Part shown: piece after piece, positions 60,691-64,000 of the stretch
Layout of the letters: every line of letters starts with the position of its first letter
Numbering within the stretch: the stretch's first letter is position 1
IMG/VR virus record: IMGVR_UViG_3300025124_000003
Reading direction: 5' to 3' (one strand)
Length of the DNA: 64,000 nt
From: an uncultured virus (IMG/VR IMGVR_UViG_3300025124_000003)
Taxonomy: Duplodnaviria > Heunggongvirae > Uroviricota > Caudoviricetes
Program-made: the position numbers and the translations under genes
The notes under the pieces: model-generated
Database searches by the model: none
What the model saw: only the letters and a program-made list of their open reading frames with translations
Told to the model about the DNA's origin: nothing

Positions 60691-61089
60691 TTAATGATCC
60701 AAGTCAAACAAAAATTTAACGTTTGGATATTTTTTTAGAACTCTCAATCCGTCATGGATGACTTTTTCGTAGATACCATACTTATTTGCCAGTCCAGCGC
60801 CTAGTTTAGATATGAGAAAGGTTAAATGTGGACATACTTCTATATCTCTCACCAATTTCCTCATTTCTTCTTTGAATACACTTTCATATTCTTTCGGTTT
60901 GTAGTATGCATTATTGTCATAAGAAGGTCGCTTTTTTGTGATAAATCCATATGAGTTAGGCTCATCTCGGTGTATAGCTGCATCTTTCTTACCCTTACCT
61001 ATCATGTTATCCCCGAAAACAAATATGTGATCAGGATGATCTCTCAGATATTCTTGAGTGATCATTTTATCTATACATGATTTATCCAT
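60691..61089 (-). CDS. Macrodomain-related phage protein
   Basis: IFVFGDN..G.G...AA..R...YG..TK and LGAGLA motifs. Confidence 0.55.
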   Translation of the reverse strand: MDKSCIDKMITQEYLRDHPDHIFVFGDNMIGKGKKDAAIHRDEPNSYGFITKKRPSYDNNAYYKPKEYESVFKEEMRKLVRDIEVCPHLTFLISKLGAGLANKYGIYEKVIHDGLRVLKKYPNVKFLFDLDH

Positions 61090-61320
61090 TTAATATCTCG
61101 CTTGCCTTTGTTTACATTGCTTTAATTTATCTTTAGCTGCTAGTTTCATTTTCTTTAACTTGGTTAATTCTATAACTTCATTGTAACTTAAATACCCTCT
61201 ACGCCTCTGCATTTGCTCAATCTGATTGTCAATGATTTTATACTCTTCCATATAACGCCTAAACACAGGATCTTTCCTTACGTGGGATGTTTCATCACCA
61301 AAAAGTTTATCATTCACCAT
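61090..61320 (-). CDS. DUF465/YdcH-like coiled-coil protein
   Basis: DPVFRRYMEEY..ID.QI...LKKMKLAAKD. Confidence 0.6.
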   Translation of the reverse strand: MVNDKLFGDETSHVRKDPVFRRYMEEYKIIDNQIEQMQRRRGYLSYNEVIELTKLKKMKLAAKDKLKQCKQRQARY

Positions 61321-61335
61321 AAATTATTCTCCTTT

Positions 61336-64000
61336 TTATCCAAAAAATGCGTTAAATGCTTGGTTTTGTTCTAATATATGTTCCCTTTTCGCAGGTTCAA
61401 GTAACATTCTGAGTTTATTTGTGAGGTACTTTTCGATCATTTGTTTTATATCTGGCTCAACCCCTGCATCTGTGAACTCCTTGGGCCAACGGTCATACAT
61501 TACACATTTGACTCCATAAGGGTTCTTTTTCACATACACAAGTTTATTCTTGGTATCTTCTTCTATTTTGATGTACTTATCTTCAAGTTCCAATTCTCTC
61601 AACAGCTTATGATAAGCGGCAACCGCCTTCACATGATACGGTGTTCCCTTCATAGGTTCACCATCCCTCAACCACTTACCCAACCCTTTGACACCCTTGT
61701 TCTCTGATATCTCTTCTGGATAAGTGAACTTTATTTCTGCTTTTGCTTTTTTGTATGTCTCAAATATAACATCATCAGGTGCGTTTCGCAACACCATACT
61801 CAATAAATCTTTCAATGCGTCTTTAAATGCTGATGGTGTTTCTGACCTGATAATTTCCATTCCAGTAACATCAATCTTATCACATGGTACACCTTCCTCA
61901 TTAACAACATGATATCCATACTTTTTCTTCGTAATGAACAATGCTGACTTACAGACAATCTCCTGTTTGAACATGATACTGAACTCTTCTTTGCTCATCC
62001 TTGAATTGTATTCACCCACTTGTGTCTCTTCATAAGCACTATCATTAACATATGTCTCTACGTGTTTTGATAATGCCAGGATTGTATCAGAAATTAACTC
62101 CTGCTCATAAGCAGTTTTCCAATCCCCACCAACAACCTTGTCCACAAATGCACCCAACTTAATGAAAACGGAGTCCGTATCAATATATGATACCATGTCT
62201 TCTATGATGTTGAAATCTGTATCAACTTCTCCTAATCTGTTCAGAAGTTCAAGGGTTTCCTCGTTCTTCCAGACACCATCATGGAACCAACGGTTGACGT
62301 AATTTTGTCCTGTAATGATTGCTCTACGTCCACAAGAACAAATCGCCTCTGCGGTATGAATATTAAAGAACCTTGAATAAGGAACACCTGTAACACCATA
62401 TGCTGAATTGATGACAATCTTTAACGCCCATTGTAATGCATGATATTTATTCGCCTGAATATTGTATTCTTTAATTTTGTCTTCATTCCTCGCTCTTGTT
62501 GCTTTACCTTTGAACTCTTTTTTGAGTTTATTGATCTCCTGTCTTTTTGCATAAGTCTGTTGGACAACCTGAGCATATGATCCCTTTTTATTTTGTAAAT
62601 ACATAGATCCTGACGGCGCAACTGCTAATAGCCCCGCTTTTAATGCTCGGTTGAATTTATCTAATTTGTCACCTTTCATTAAAACAACGTCTTCACCCCT
62701 CAATAGTTTGAATGTTGGAAACTCACGATTCTTAACAAAATCACATATTGGGGCTTCTGCCCGCGCAACATCCACAATATCCATGTCACCACGTCCTGTA
62801 ACAGTATCAATCCATCTTCCGTGTATGTCTTTATATCCGATACAACGCCCATAATAGGTCTCTGATGACATATTAAGGGTGATGATAGCTGTAGGGTAGG
62901 ATGATGCAATATCGAGGTCTATAATCCAGTCATACTGACCTTTTTGAGGTTCTTTGACGAAAGCCGCAGGGAACCATTCTTGGTGTCCACCTTCCATTCT
63001 AGGCGCACAAAGGTTATTACGTCTAAAGTGCGTTAACATCAAACCTTCAACCAAATGGGTCGATGCGGTATAGTGTTCCATTTTACAACGACATAATAGA
63101 GCAAGTGATTGTGCAAGCAAAATATACCCTAATTTATCTTCAAGCTCCATAATTCTCTGGTTATCAATAATGTTGTACTCGACATACAAATTCCAGTTAG
63201 CATTATATAGAGTACGAAGATCGGTGTATTCTGAATAATCCAATTTACCCAATCCTAATTCTTCACGTGCGATTGTATCAAGTTTATAGTTCTCTGGGTT
63301 CTTGGTTGTATACCATTTGTATAACGCAAAATAATCAAGAACAGATACACCTGCAATATCAACATACATAGCACCAGATTTATTATCATCCCAACAACGA
63401 ACGATGCCAATCGGTGACAGTTTTTTATATACATCTGCTTTCGTGCCAAAGAGATTCTTTGATCGATTGACAAGATATGGAAGGTCAAACCCTCCCCTCT
63501 CATTAGTTTTGTTATGCGGTGATATATTCCAGCCCGTAACAACATCAGGAGCGTTACGATACCACCAATCAAAGAACTGTGTTAATAGGTCATGTTCATT
63601 TTTACAATGAACAAAATCAACATCATATTCACCAGTGTATGGTTTCGTTCCCCAAGACTTGTTAATACCACCCTCTCCAAACTCTCTGACATTAATCAAT
63701 GGAATTGGATACGCTGCTTGATCGGGTTTAGGAAACCCCTTTTCGGTATGAACCTCAATATCTAATGAGTATATCTTAAGTTTCGGAGGATCAATAGCAT
63801 CATCAGGGATATTGTGATACCACTCGGATAAGAATTGGATTTCTTTTGGGCTTTCATTTTCATATACATTGGATATGTTATTTTTCTGGTAGTCTACATA
63901 CTCACTGTATGATTTGAATTCGACCTTTCTTACAGGAATTCCCTCAACAGTTTCAATATGTCCGTGATCGTCAGGCTCGAAGACATACGGAACCCAATCT
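61336..64000 (-). CDS. Family B DNA polymerase (T4 gp43-like), N-terminus outside the window
   Basis: The frame stays open beyond 63699 to the edge and includes ExoI LDIE. Other motifs: TGWN..FDLPY, YNIID, DIASSYP, K...NSAYG, YIDTDS, KKKY. Confidence 0.97.
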   Translation of the reverse strand, partial: DWVPYVFEPDDHGHIETVEGIPVRKVEFKSYSEYVDYQKNNISNVYENESPKEIQFLSEWYHNIPDDAIDPPKLKIYSLDIEVHTEKGFPKPDQAAYPIPLINVREFGEGGINKSWGTKPYTGEYDVDFVHCKNEHDLLTQFFDWWYRNAPDVVTGWNISPHNKTNERGGFDLPYLVNRSKNLFGTKADVYKKLSPIGIVRCWDDNKSGAMYVDIAGVSVLDYFALYKWYTTKNPENYKLDTIAREELGLGKLDYSEYTDLRTLYNANWNLYVEYNIIDNQRIMELEDKLGYILLAQSLALLCRCKMEHYTASTHLVEGLMLTHFRRNNLCAPRMEGGHQEWFPAAFVKEPQKGQYDWIIDLDIASSYPTAIITLNMSSETYYGRCIGYKDIHGRWIDTVTGRGDMDIVDVARAEAPICDFVKNREFPTFKLLRGEDVVLMKGDKLDKFNRALKAGLLAVAPSGSMYLQNKKGSYAQVVQQTYAKRQEINKLKKEFKGKATRARNEDKIKEYNIQANKYHALQWALKIVINSAYGVTGVPYSRFFNIHTAEAICSCGRRAIITGQNYVNRWFHDGVWKNEETLELLNRLGEVDTDFNIIEDMVSYIDTDSVFIKLGAFVDKVVGGDWKTAYEQELISDTILALSKHVETYVNDSAYEETQVGEYNSRMSKEEFSIMFKQEIVCKSALFITKKKYGYHVVNEEGVPCDKIDVTGMEIIRSETPSAFKDALKDLLSMVLRNAPDDVIFETYKKAKAEIKFTYPEEISENKGVKGLGKWLRDGEPMKGTPYHVKAVAAYHKLLRELELEDKYIKIEEDTKNKLVYVKKNPYGVKCVMYDRWPKEFTDAGVEPDIKQMIEKYLTNKLRMLLEPAKREHILEQNQAFNAFFG

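Noticed and set aside
61336..64000. Altered PolB motifs (DIASSYP, YIDTDS) as a sign of modified-base replication; possible intein
   Set aside because: Catalytic Asp residues and the steric-gate Tyr are intact, such variants alone are not diagnostic, and no intein-sized insertion is evident.

Overview
AT-rich 64-kb segment of a large T4-like (myovirus-type) phage genome. Evidence: gp2-like DNA end protector, gp4-like head completion nuclease, family B DNA polymerase, T4-type late promoters (TATAAATA) ahead of virion genes and sigma70-type promoters ahead of small early genes. Host-like genes (PAS domain type, DUF465, CxxCH protein, SECIS-like element) suggest an anaerobic Desulfobacterota-like host; this is inference only. 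Four main observations: (1) a free-standing, promoter-driven non-coding RNA (55163-55428, minus) that reproduces the 23S rRNA GTPase-associated centre (L11-binding H43/H44) with a ~200-nt structured insertion; (2) a 541-codon virion-protein paralog interrupted by one in-frame TGA followed by an fdhF-type SECIS-like hairpin, i.e. a candidate phage selenoprotein; (3) about 20 proteins with a T4 internal-protein-like N-terminal tag (M-K/R-F/L-x-x-Y-L/I-x-E), including a tandem array of six ADP-ribosyltransferase-like paralogs and several nucleotide-acting enzymes, suggesting an injected effector set; (4) a ~1.7-kb non-coding origin-like region with NrdR-box-like palindromes. Many small early genes are frameshifted or internally deleted. 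No tRNA or CRISPR array was seen. All assignments are by eye from motifs; no database searches were run.
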